Positions 28,221 to 36,607 of a stretch of 64,000 bases of DNA are shown here, one piece after another (within the stretch, counting starts at the first letter, position 1; each line of letters opens with the position of its first letter). The position numbers and the translations under genes were made by a program. Origin of the DNA: a virus; the IMG/VR virus record IMGVR_UViG_3300045988_137032, positions 1 through 64,000 of that record; one strand, written 5' to 3'. The notes beneath the pieces were generated by a model. That model had not been told where the DNA came from and did no database searches. It saw only the letters and a program-made list of their open reading frames with translations.

Positions 28221-29732
28221 GTGAAATATTCATTGCTGGATCAAATAGTAATGGAGAGCGATTACAACTCCATGCGTTTGAATCACTTCATGCAGTGTAA
28301 TATCGATAGTTTTGCTTTTGAGACAGCAGATATCTTCATGGATGCTGACTCAGGAGTCATTACAGAGCATGACGCAAATATTCTCTATGAGAATGCGTTT
28401 ACTGATATCGTTGATAAGCTGATGGCATTTATCCAGAAAATTATCGATAATATTGCAAAATTCTTCAATGAATTAAAGATCCGTATCTTCGGTAGTCCGA
28501 AGGAAAAGGAAAAACTTAAGAAGTTGAAGGAAGCAGCAAAGGCTGCTAGTAATAAGGGCATTAAGGGCAATGCTGTTACGAAGAAAGTAAAGGTCTTTAA
28601 GATCAAGCGTAACAAGAAAGCTCTTGATGCTTACATCAAAGAAATGAGCAAGCTTGAGCGTAGAATGCTGAATCTGAAATATCAGGCCGCGCAGGATTCT
28701 ACTAGAGTTTCTGATATTCCTGTTATTGGTAAGAAAATTGCATCTGATAATACAACTGCATCTACGATGATCGAATATAATGAACTTACGAAAGCTATTG
28801 ATGAATGCAATCGTAAGTATGATAAAATCGTTAAGTCGAACGCAGAAGTAGTTGAGCTTGCTCTCAATGATGCAATCCGTTTCTCTGATAAGGATCTGGA
28901 TTCTATTGGCCTTGATCTTGATGAGATTAAGAAAGGCTCTGATAGAGTTCTTGCTAAGTTTAAGTCTGATGCAAAAGGCGTTAAGACAAAGCAGCAAGCA
29001 AATCTGATTCAGAAAGCAGTACAGAGTATTGAAACTCGTGTTCGTAAGAGCATGAAAGACGGAGCTGAATATCAGACAAAGAATTCAACTGCTCTTTTTG
29101 CTTTCTTTACTGCTGCTGGCGTTATTGCTGGTGGTTCTGCTATTCTTAAGTTTACTGGTAAAGACCAGGTAATTAAAGATGCTATCTCCGATAAGATTGG
29201 TGACGGTGATATCATTAACAAGGGCATTGATATAGCAAACGCAAAATATGCTGAAGTATCAACAGCAATTAATACCAGTCAAAAGAAGAAAAAACTTAGT
29301 AATGCTAAGCCAGATGCTGCTGGTTACCACATATTGCACATGGCCGTTCTTAATTGGATTAATACCAATTTCCCTCTTAGTGCAGGAATTCCGAAAAACG
29401 CAAAAGATTATCTTGAAGCTGTTACGGATACATCTAAAGTCACTAAAATGTGGCAATTGCCGTTTTCTATTCCAAATGGTATGATGCTTAGAATTTGTGG
29501 CTATATCACCAATGATAATGGCCCTGTTGCTAGCATGAAAGTTAAAGCTTTTTTAAATTCACATCCGGAAATGCAAATTAAGTTTGAATCTGTAAGTGAT
29601 GGCGGTAAACTCACACAAGCAGGTTTACGTAAGTTCTTTAATTATTATGCGACGAATATTGCAGGTGTTAAAGATGTTATTAAATTTTCCGAAGAGATGA
29701 AAGCTTGTTGGAAAAATCAAGAAGAAGAATAA
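28221..29732 (+). CDS. hypothetical helical membrane protein
   Basis: The likely start is the GTG at 28221, 11 nt after AAAGGAG; the track start at 28209 overlaps the RBS. The hydrophobic segment is ALFAFFTAAGVIAGGSAILKF. Confidence 0.75.
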   Translation: MKYSLLDQIVMESDYNSMRLNHFMQCNIDSFAFETADIFMDADSGVITEHDANILYENAFTDIVDKLMAFIQKIIDNIAKFFNELKIRIFGSPKEKEKLKKLKEAAKAASNKGIKGNAVTKKVKVFKIKRNKKALDAYIKEMSKLERRMLNLKYQAAQDSTRVSDIPVIGKKIASDNTTASTMIEYNELTKAIDECNRKYDKIVKSNAEVVELALNDAIRFSDKDLDSIGLDLDEIKKGSDRVLAKFKSDAKGVKTKQQANLIQKAVQSIETRVRKSMKDGAEYQTKNSTALFAFFTAAGVIAGGSAILKFTGKDQVIKDAISDKIGDGDIINKGIDIANAKYAEVSTAINTSQKKKKLSNAKPDAAGYHILHMAVLNWINTNFPLSAGIPKNAKDYLEAVTDTSKVTKMWQLPFSIPNGMMLRICGYITNDNGPVASMKVKAFLNSHPEMQIKFESVSDGGKLTQAGLRKFFNYYATNIAGVKDVIKFSEEMKACWKNQEEE

Positions 29733-29757
29733 TTTTATTATAAAATCCCGCATTAGC

Positions 29758-29768
29758 GGGGGGGGGGG
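29758..29768 (+). repeat. G11 homopolymer tract
   Basis: Eleven consecutive G residues by direct count. The tract follows the CCCGC-ATTA-GCGGG hairpin (29747..29760) and lies 8 nt upstream of the ATG at 29777. Confidence 0.9.
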
Positions 29769-29776
29769 TAAATATC

Positions 29777-30448
29777 ATGATTAAAGAATCTATTCTCTCT
29801 GCAATGTCTTCAGATGTTATCACAGTAAATGAAGCGGCATCTCTTTTTGACATCTACGAGCGTGGTGGTATCACACGGGATTCAAAACATCGTATGGATA
29901 TCTACGAATATTTTAAGGATGCTACAGTTGAAGCTGCGCATCTTAAATTTGAATCCTATGAGGATAAGGCACTTTCTGCAAAAGCCAATGAAGATGTTAA
30001 GTATTCAGAAAATATGGAAGCTGTTGCTAAGAAGTTTGTAGCGGATTGTGATGAGATTCGTAATAAACTGATTGCTCAGAAGAAGAAACTGATTTCTGTA
30101 GCAAAATCTGATCCAAATGCATTCATGGATGATATTAAACTTACAGATGAAGGTATGGATAAGAATCTTCCTGAGAATGCATCTTTTGGTGGAGACTGTG
30201 GTAAAACTCAGTCTCTTGCAATTTCTGCAGCAGAGAGTTTTGGCAAGCTTCTTGTCAAATGCTCTTCGCGTGGCTGTAAGAAGCTTACAAGCAAATGCGC
30301 AAGTTATGCACATTCTTGTATGTATGATGTTGATGATATGGCATACGTGATTCTCGAGTTTATTCGTAGAGGTGATAAAGGTCTTCCTGATCCCGATAAG
30401 AATACATGGCGTAATGGTAAAGAACCCGAATATAAATTCGAGTTCTAA
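29777..30448 (+). CDS. hypothetical protein with shared N-terminal leader motif
   Basis: 223-aa ORF with the N-terminal motif SILSAMSSDVITVNEAASLFD. Instead of a normal SD it is preceded by an 11-G homopolymer (29758..29768), 8 nt upstream of the ATG. Confidence 0.75.
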   Translation: MIKESILSAMSSDVITVNEAASLFDIYERGGITRDSKHRMDIYEYFKDATVEAAHLKFESYEDKALSAKANEDVKYSENMEAVAKKFVADCDEIRNKLIAQKKKLISVAKSDPNAFMDDIKLTDEGMDKNLPENASFGGDCGKTQSLAISAAESFGKLLVKCSSRGCKKLTSKCASYAHSCMYDVDDMAYVILEFIRRGDKGLPDPDKNTWRNGKEPEYKFEF

Positions 30449-30457
30449 GAAAAAATA

Positions 30458-30497
30458 AAGAGAACGAGATAATCCAATACGGATATCTCGTTCTCTT
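30458..30497. terminator. bidirectional terminator between convergent genes
   Basis: 14-bp stem AAGAGAACGAGATA/TATCTCGTTCTCTT. Confidence 0.75.
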
Positions 30498-31525
30498 TAC
30501 AGCTCATAGGTTTGGAGCTTGATCTTATCTTTCTGTACACCACAATCTTTCTCAATCACATTGTAGTGTACATAGATTCCATTCGTTAATGGAATATATT
30601 GACTTAGTGTATTTCTCAGATAATTGATGTCAGTACCTTCAGATCCATCGTTATCTGCATAGATGTGATACTTCACATTATTACCGATGAATCCTTTATG
30701 CATCATTTCTTTCATCATATTACCGTAGAACTTACCGCAGGTTGCAATATTCAAAGTATTATCTTTGATTTGATCTAAGCCATATGCAATTCCCATGCAA
30801 TCAAATACACCTTCTGAAATATTAATTCGTATTTCATCTTGTGTAAATAAATCTACCATGGAAGATATGGCATAGTATGGTCTTATCATATTCTCACTTT
30901 GTAACAGAGAATATTTAAACCATCTTATTTTTGCATCTTCATCAGTATTACGGAATAATATCTGAGTTCCTGTCGTAGTAACAAATCCAACAAAGTTACT
31001 TTCCAGATATCTTGCTACTTCAGGTTTTGTAGTTATTGTGTGAATATCATTCTTTATCAAGAATGCTCTCAATGAAGTAATTACTTTGCAGTCTTCCAAT
31101 TCTTGATTAGAAAATTTTCTTCCTAATCTATCCTCGATATATTGGATTTTTCTTCTATCATATTCTTTCGGTAGTTCGTAGTTAAATATGATAGCTGGCC
31201 TACCTGGATTATTTCCTGCATTCTTATCAGATGTCTTAGCAACTTTACCAGCTCCATCCAATAAGTCTCTATCAGTAATTCCAAGTAGTTCCATTGTATC
31301 CTTATCGAGAATTCCTTTGGCAGGACAACGAAAGCAATTATATAAAATTGGTAAATTATCATTTGGAGAAATTCGGATATAAAAATGCCCTGTATTCTGG
31401 TTCTTCGAAGAGTCACCACAATACGGGCATCGAGTTCTCATATTAACTTCACTTACTTTCTGAGTGAAGATAGGTCTTTCCATCAGTTTCTTAATTAACT
31501 CTATTTTGAATTCTCTATTGGTCAT
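30497..31525 (-). CDS. DNA primase (zinc-ribbon + Toprim, DnaG/T7 gp4-like)
   Basis: The zinc ribbon is CPYCGDSSKNQNTGHFYI..LYNCFRCPAKG. The Toprim Glu lies in NISEGVFDCMGIAYG and the DxD motif in HIYADNDGSEG. Confidence 0.75.
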   Translation of the reverse strand: MTNREFKIELIKKLMERPIFTQKVSEVNMRTRCPYCGDSSKNQNTGHFYIRISPNDNLPILYNCFRCPAKGILDKDTMELLGITDRDLLDGAGKVAKTSDKNAGNNPGRPAIIFNYELPKEYDRRKIQYIEDRLGRKFSNQELEDCKVITSLRAFLIKNDIHTITTKPEVARYLESNFVGFVTTTGTQILFRNTDEDAKIRWFKYSLLQSENMIRPYYAISSMVDLFTQDEIRINISEGVFDCMGIAYGLDQIKDNTLNIATCGKFYGNMMKEMMHKGFIGNNVKYHIYADNDGSEGTDINYLRNTLSQYIPLTNGIYVHYNVIEKDCGVQKDKIKLQTYEL

Positions 31526-31592
31526 ATAGTCATCACTTCCAATACCAAAAATGTGTCTCTTAGTAGTCTGTCGTCATTTTCATAGGAAAAAA

Positions 31593-31632
31593 GAAACCCA
31601 GCGTAGTATGTATTTTAACTACGCTGGGTTTC
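31593..31632 (-). terminator. intrinsic terminator
   Basis: 15-bp stem GAAACCCAGCGTAGT/ACTACGCTGGGTTTC followed by TTTTTT on the minus strand. Confidence 0.8.
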
Positions 31633-31637
31633 ATTAT

Positions 31638-32432
31638 TTACAGGATATCTTCAGGATCAGATTCATCAACGGGTTCATCGGACTCCGTAGATTCCTCATT
31701 ACTGGAATGGTATTTGCCGGTGGGATCAAGCATCATGCTTGCAGTACGAGGCTGGACATCCGGAGTATAGTCATCTTCGTCCTTATCGGTCAGAGGCTCA
31801 CGTGTAGTGAAGTTTGCACCGGGAGTGACGAGATCACCTTCGATCACATCATCGTCGTCATCCTCCTCATCCTCACTGGAAACGATGGTTGCTGCGTTTG
31901 CAATCGCGTCACGCATGTCCTTAGGAGCATCGTTGATGAGCTTCTCGATGTCAACTTCTTCGTTGGCAGGTTTCTCATACACACGGTGATTGCGGTTTTC
32001 TTCATGCTCATAAATAGAGCAGGGATCTTCCTCCATAAGAAGATCGTTGTTGACATCCACCATAGCTTCTTCGAGCTCACCAATCCACTTGAAGATCGAA
32101 TTGATAAGGATGCGCTTGCAATGGCGAAGGTCTGCATGGTATTCATCCAGAACCATCTTCTTTGCAGTATTAAGCGCTTGCTGGTGAGTGACGGTAATCC
32201 CATCATACGCCTCGGTGAAGCTGTAGTTGTAGGGCATCATCATCTTCTCAAAGATGGTACCCTTGATGTCGTAGGGATCATGGCCAGGTGCATGGATGCC
32301 AAAGTTCTTGCATCCAGGAATCTGGTTATTCAGCTTCCGGAGAAGCTTCGGAGTATAGAAACGGATTGCGTCCCACTCGGTACCGGTCAGATGTACAGTG
32401 ACACATTTGCTGGTAGTATAGATCTTAAGCAT
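31638..32432 (-). CDS. hypothetical protein with long acidic C-terminal tail
   Basis: Start moved to the ATG at 32432 (MLKIYTTSK), which has AAGGAGG upstream. The terminator at 31593..31632 lies downstream. Confidence 0.75.
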   Translation of the reverse strand: MLKIYTTSKCVTVHLTGTEWDAIRFYTPKLLRKLNNQIPGCKNFGIHAPGHDPYDIKGTIFEKMMMPYNYSFTEAYDGITVTHQQALNTAKKMVLDEYHADLRHCKRILINSIFKWIGELEEAMVDVNNDLLMEEDPCSIYEHEENRNHRVYEKPANEEVDIEKLINDAPKDMRDAIANAATIVSSEDEEDDDDDVIEGDLVTPGANFTTREPLTDKDEDDYTPDVQPRTASMMLDPTGKYHSSNEESTESDEPVDESDPEDIL

Positions 32433-32445
32433 AATATTTTCCTCC

Positions 32446-33195
32446 TTATTTCTTGTCTTTGTTTGCGGTATTATCTTCAAGCGGTTCTCCGCTCTCAGGA
32501 TCTTCAACGGTTTCGATATAAACCTTATCGGTATAACTGCTGTATACGATATCATGCTTCAGGGGGAATTGAGTATCGACACCGGTGTCATATACACGGA
32601 CTTCATAACCTGCGCCAAGCAGTTCCATCCATGTATTGAAATTCTTGATACTCATTTTTGTGGGACCCATTAAAGCAGCTTTGATATTCGGAAGAGTATA
32701 CTTTTCCGTAGTCTGTGCTTTCAGGGTATTGATATTGCGACCTTTTGCCGCAATGAGCTTCTTAACGAGTTTCTTAAGTCCATCGTCGTCTTCGTTGATA
32801 ACAGGAGCGAATGTAGCCGTAGACGAATTCAATGCATACAGATCCTTTTCAGAGTAAAGGACCTCACCATCGGTGGTCTCCTTGATAATCTGAACCGGTT
32901 CGATGTATCTCGTCTTACTGAGATGAAATGCATTCATCACATCATCGCTCGTGGAGTAGTTACGAACTACTTTACCATCTTCGATCGTCAGGAACGGGAT
33001 CCCATGATATCTCGGGTTCCCGGATTTCGTATAGATGAAGATGTAGCCAGTTTTCTCTTCTACGTATCCTTTACCGTCTACATAGTATCCACTGGCAATC
33101 TTTTCGGGGTCATACGTAATATAGCCCCAAACGCTATAGACATCTTTCCGATTAGGAAGATATCTCGGAAAATTCGTTTCCTTTTCGTCCGCCAT
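32446..33195 (-). CDS. hypothetical protein
   Basis: 249-aa ORF with a GGAGG RBS. It sits in the replication-gene neighbourhood. Confidence 0.75.
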   Translation of the reverse strand: MADEKETNFPRYLPNRKDVYSVWGYITYDPEKIASGYYVDGKGYVEEKTGYIFIYTKSGNPRYHGIPFLTIEDGKVVRNYSTSDDVMNAFHLSKTRYIEPVQIIKETTDGEVLYSEKDLYALNSSTATFAPVINEDDDGLKKLVKKLIAAKGRNINTLKAQTTEKYTLPNIKAALMGPTKMSIKNFNTWMELLGAGYEVRVYDTGVDTQFPLKHDIVYSSYTDKVYIETVEDPESGEPLEDNTANKDKK

Positions 33196-33217
33196 AGTCT
33201 TTGTCCTCCATGTGTTC

Positions 33218-33436
33218 TTATAATTGGTTGATGTAAGCTTTGAATCGTTTCATATCCAAAACTTCATCTGCATCACCTGCTCTTAATTTCTTGATCGCCT
33301 TCTTGACTCTCTTGCAATCTTTCTTGTACTGTGCTCTCGTAAGATGTTTCAGAATGAAATATCTCTTCATCATCTTAAGATACGATTCCAAGCTATCTGC
33401 AATTTCGTCATAGTATTTTTGATAGTCTCTTGTCAT
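33218..33436 (-). CDS. hypothetical small basic protein
   Basis: 72-aa ORF with TAGGAGGTG 5-6 nt upstream of the ATG. Confidence 0.65.
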   Translation of the reverse strand: MTRDYQKYYDEIADSLESYLKMMKRYFILKHLTRAQYKKDCKRVKKAIKKLRAGDADEVLDMKRFKAYINQL

Positions 33437-33579
33437 AATATCACCTCCTAAAAGTTTAAGCAGGCTGAATTAAATTTAATGTCACTTGCTTATTACAAAT
33501 ATATAATATATAAACAAAAATTCCTTGGACATATTTGATTACCTATACATTGTGCTCTCCTTACTTTTATACATATGGA

Positions 33580-33630
33580 ACGAACCGATATCTGAGTAAT
33601 TAAAACCCAGATATCGGTTCGTCTCATTTT
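33580..33630 (+). terminator. hairpin with a plus-strand T-run, between two minus-strand genes
   Basis: 15-bp stem AACGAACCGATATCTG/CAGATATCGGTTCGT followed by CTCATTTTT on the plus strand only. Confidence 0.5.
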
Positions 33631-33656
33631 TCATATGAAAAACTTTGGTGGAAAGA

Positions 33657-34310
33657 TCACTTCTTCTTCTTGAAGAACTTGTTAGCGAGCTTGGACAGAA
33701 GACCAGACTTGGACATGCGAGCACGCTTCAGGTACTCCTTCAGCTTCATGTTAGCCTGGTTGTTGTACTTAACGCGCAGCTTAGCCTTCAGGATACGCTC
33801 CATCTTATAAGCAAGATTCAGCTTCTTCCACAGAGGATCGCGGTGCTCCATAGCGCAAGCACGGACAGCAACTTCCTTCAGCTGAGCCTTACGCGCGTTA
33901 TTATCGAACTTGACGATCGTACGCTCAGTCATGAAGCCCTCGTTCACCAGAGTATCAAACTCCTCAGAGTTCACAAACTCCTCGAACTCCTCATCAGTCA
34001 TGCTTTCCTTCAGCAGCATGGGAGTCAGGACAGCAGTCATGACATCATCCACATGCTGACTCTGCTCAGGAGACAGCGGAGGAGGATCCTGCAGTTCAGT
34101 ATCAGAAGAAGTCATTGCCTTGACGGTAGCGTCACCGGCAACAGGAGAAGTCACAGGAGGCTCAATTGGAGCGGCAGCAGGATCAGTGCAGAACGGATCT
34201 GCGGGATCACAAATGCTACCATCAGCACCGAAGCCTTCCAGAGTATATGCATCTGCGGAATCCAGAGAGGACTGCAGAGGCTTAGACATCAGTTCAGAAA
34301 ACTTTGACAT
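33657..34310 (-). CDS. hypothetical protein (acidic N-half, basic helical C-half)
   Basis: The likely start is the ATG at 34310 (MSKFSEL), about 12 nt after AGAAAGGA; the track start at 34322 abuts the RBS. Codon bias is strongly C/G-ending. Confidence 0.75.
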   Translation of the reverse strand: MSKFSELMSKPLQSSLDSADAYTLEGFGADGSICDPADPFCTDPAAAPIEPPVTSPVAGDATVKAMTSSDTELQDPPPLSPEQSQHVDDVMTAVLTPMLLKESMTDEEFEEFVNSEEFDTLVNEGFMTERTIVKFDNNARKAQLKEVAVRACAMEHRDPLWKKLNLAYKMERILKAKLRVKYNNQANMKLKEYLKRARMSKSGLLSKLANKFFKKKK

Positions 34311-34461
34311 GTGATTACTCATCCTTTCTTTAATAGTGTAAAGACCATAGAGTCATTACACTAATGTTTTCATAGTAGTCTATTACCTGCACTACTGATT
34401 ATTCAGATTGTCGCTTACTTTACCTTAAAATTTTAAGTTCTTAATGAAAGGACTGATCTTA

Positions 34462-36561
34462 ATGATTCGATTAAATGAAGCTTCTCTTGAGAGAAGTGAT
34501 TTTATCAAGTTATGGAAAGATGAAATGACTCTCAATATGACCCGTATGAATCCGGAATGGGATCATGATGATATTGAGAAGGTTTTGGATAAAATGCTTC
34601 TGGAACAAATGATGATTCCGGAAGTAGAGCTAGATAATAACTATACAGGCGAGCATAAAGATGCTTCGTCATTGAGTGTTTTGGATTGGGTATTAAAGCG
34701 GAAACCAATTGTCGCTGGTAATGCCACATTTTATAAGAATCAATTGGAGGCTATTAACCCGATTGCAGACATGGTTAATGGCTTCCTTATTGAGCGTAAA
34801 GCTGTGAAAAAGAAGATGTTCCAAATTGAGGATGATCAATCCGATGAGTATAAAGATTTGGATCGTCTTCAGGGTAACGTGAAGCGTCTGGCAAACTCTT
34901 ACTATGGCGCTTCTGGTATGCCAAAGGCAGCATTCTATTCCAGATGGTCTGGCCCTGCAACAACAGGTACAGCACAGTCTGTTATTTCCACTACGGAAAC
35001 TTTGTTTGAAGGTTATCTCGTTGATAATTACAAGTTCGTTGATGATAATGAATGCTATCATTTTATCAATGAGATTCTTAAGCAAGACTATAAGATTCCG
35101 AAGTGGGTTAAACGGGTATCTGAAGGTGAGTTGGTTGAAAGACTCGTTGGAATGTTTTATGAAGATACCTATGTAACTAACTGGGGAGTTGCTGTAGCAG
35201 ATATGGTTCATAATCTTAGTGAAGATGATAGAACCAGAATCTATTACAAGAATAACTTCCTTGAATTTACGAGAGTACATGAAAAGGTTCTTGATCTGTA
35301 TGACGATCTTTTTGCAGCAGTTAAGAATCTTCCCTATGCAGAAACTTATGATGAAATTCCTGATGAATTCAAACCGATGTTCACGAAGGGTAAAGATCAT
35401 GATAAGGTAAAAGCATACAATGAATTCGTGAATACAGAATATTTCTTGAATCCGAATTCTCCTCCTGATTCTGTCCATGGAATTCTGGATGAATTGAAAG
35501 ATCTCTATATGAAATTCGTTTATATTCCGTTTATGTCCATTGACAGAATTCACAGACTGAAATACTTCATGCGGAAAACTGTTTGCATCGTTGATACAGA
35601 TTCTAATATTCTGAATATTGATGCTTGGGTAGATTTCTGTAATGAGTATATCCTTAAGAATTCTTCTTATGGTAGAAGTGCAGAGAATAATAAGTTCATT
35701 TGTGTTAATACTCTGACTTATTATATCACTGCTGCTGTCCAGCATACTCTGAATGAGTATGGACTTCATTCTTATATTCCGGATGATTATCGTCCTATTT
35801 TCAATATGAAGAATGAGTTCTACTTCCAGAAGCTGGTTGTTGGTAAGAAGAAAAAGCGTTATATCTCTGCAATTAAACTGCGTGAGGGTAACATGTTCCA
35901 TCCCTATAAACCTGACGTTAAAGGTTTCGATTATATGAAAGCTGGTACAGCAGAACTTGCTAAGGGCCGCTTTGATATGATCGTAAAGAAATATGTCCTT
36001 GAGTCTGAGGTTCCGGATGTATCGGCTATCTTGAGTGAACTTGCAGCGTTTGAGAATGATATTCGTGATTCTCTCCGTAGAGGTGAACTTACATATCTTT
36101 CTCTTGCATCTGCAAAAGATAAAGAAGCATATGCAAATCCGTATTCTCAGCAAGCATTCCGTGGAGCAATTGCATGGAACGCATTGTATCCTGCGGATGC
36201 AATTGAGTATCCGTCTAAGGTCAGTATTCTGAAGCTTACTACGTTTACAGAGAATGACTTGAAGGATTTGAATAAAACCTATCCTGAAGTATACGATTGT
36301 CTCATGAAGAATGTATTCCATTCTCCTGATAGAGAAATTGCAAAGAAGGGATTGCAAGTTCTTGCTATTCCTTCTGGTCATACCATTCCTGAATGGTGTC
36401 AGCCATTTATTGATGTCCAGACTGTTATCGGCAACATCATGGCTCCGTTTAAGGGAGTTCTTGATATCTTTGGTATCAATAATAGTACGGTTGGTAAGAC
36501 TTATAGTGCAGCTTCCGTAAATCGTAAAACTTCGAAGTTCTCTAATATAGTTAGATTCTAA
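34462..36561 (+). CDS. family B DNA polymerase, C-terminal portion (fingers/palm/thumb) encoded as a separate gene
   Basis: Motif B is KRLANSYYGASG, motif C is VCIVDTDSNIL, and the KKRY motif is GKKKKRYISA. The ERKAVKKKM..LDRLQ segment precedes motif B as in PolB fingers. This ORF has no exonuclease motifs and no DxxSLYPS motif A. The start is set at the ATG at 34462, after AAAGGA. Confidence 0.8.
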   Translation: MIRLNEASLERSDFIKLWKDEMTLNMTRMNPEWDHDDIEKVLDKMLLEQMMIPEVELDNNYTGEHKDASSLSVLDWVLKRKPIVAGNATFYKNQLEAINPIADMVNGFLIERKAVKKKMFQIEDDQSDEYKDLDRLQGNVKRLANSYYGASGMPKAAFYSRWSGPATTGTAQSVISTTETLFEGYLVDNYKFVDDNECYHFINEILKQDYKIPKWVKRVSEGELVERLVGMFYEDTYVTNWGVAVADMVHNLSEDDRTRIYYKNNFLEFTRVHEKVLDLYDDLFAAVKNLPYAETYDEIPDEFKPMFTKGKDHDKVKAYNEFVNTEYFLNPNSPPDSVHGILDELKDLYMKFVYIPFMSIDRIHRLKYFMRKTVCIVDTDSNILNIDAWVDFCNEYILKNSSYGRSAENNKFICVNTLTYYITAAVQHTLNEYGLHSYIPDDYRPIFNMKNEFYFQKLVVGKKKKRYISAIKLREGNMFHPYKPDVKGFDYMKAGTAELAKGRFDMIVKKYVLESEVPDVSAILSELAAFENDIRDSLRRGELTYLSLASAKDKEAYANPYSQQAFRGAIAWNALYPADAIEYPSKVSILKLTTFTENDLKDLNKTYPEVYDCLMKNVFHSPDREIAKKGLQVLAIPSGHTIPEWCQPFIDVQTVIGNIMAPFKGVLDIFGINNSTVGKTYSAASVNRKTSKFSNIVRF

Positions 36562-36607
36562 TGATAACTATTAGCTATTTTATATAAAAAGAAAGGATTG
36601 GCACAAT

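Noticed and set aside
34323-34461. Intron or intein explanation for the truncated PolB
   Set aside because: No plus-strand coding sequence precedes the gene, because the upstream genes are on the minus strand. The ORF also has no intein-like Cys/Ser..HN boundary motifs. A separately encoded N-terminal subunit is the simpler reading.
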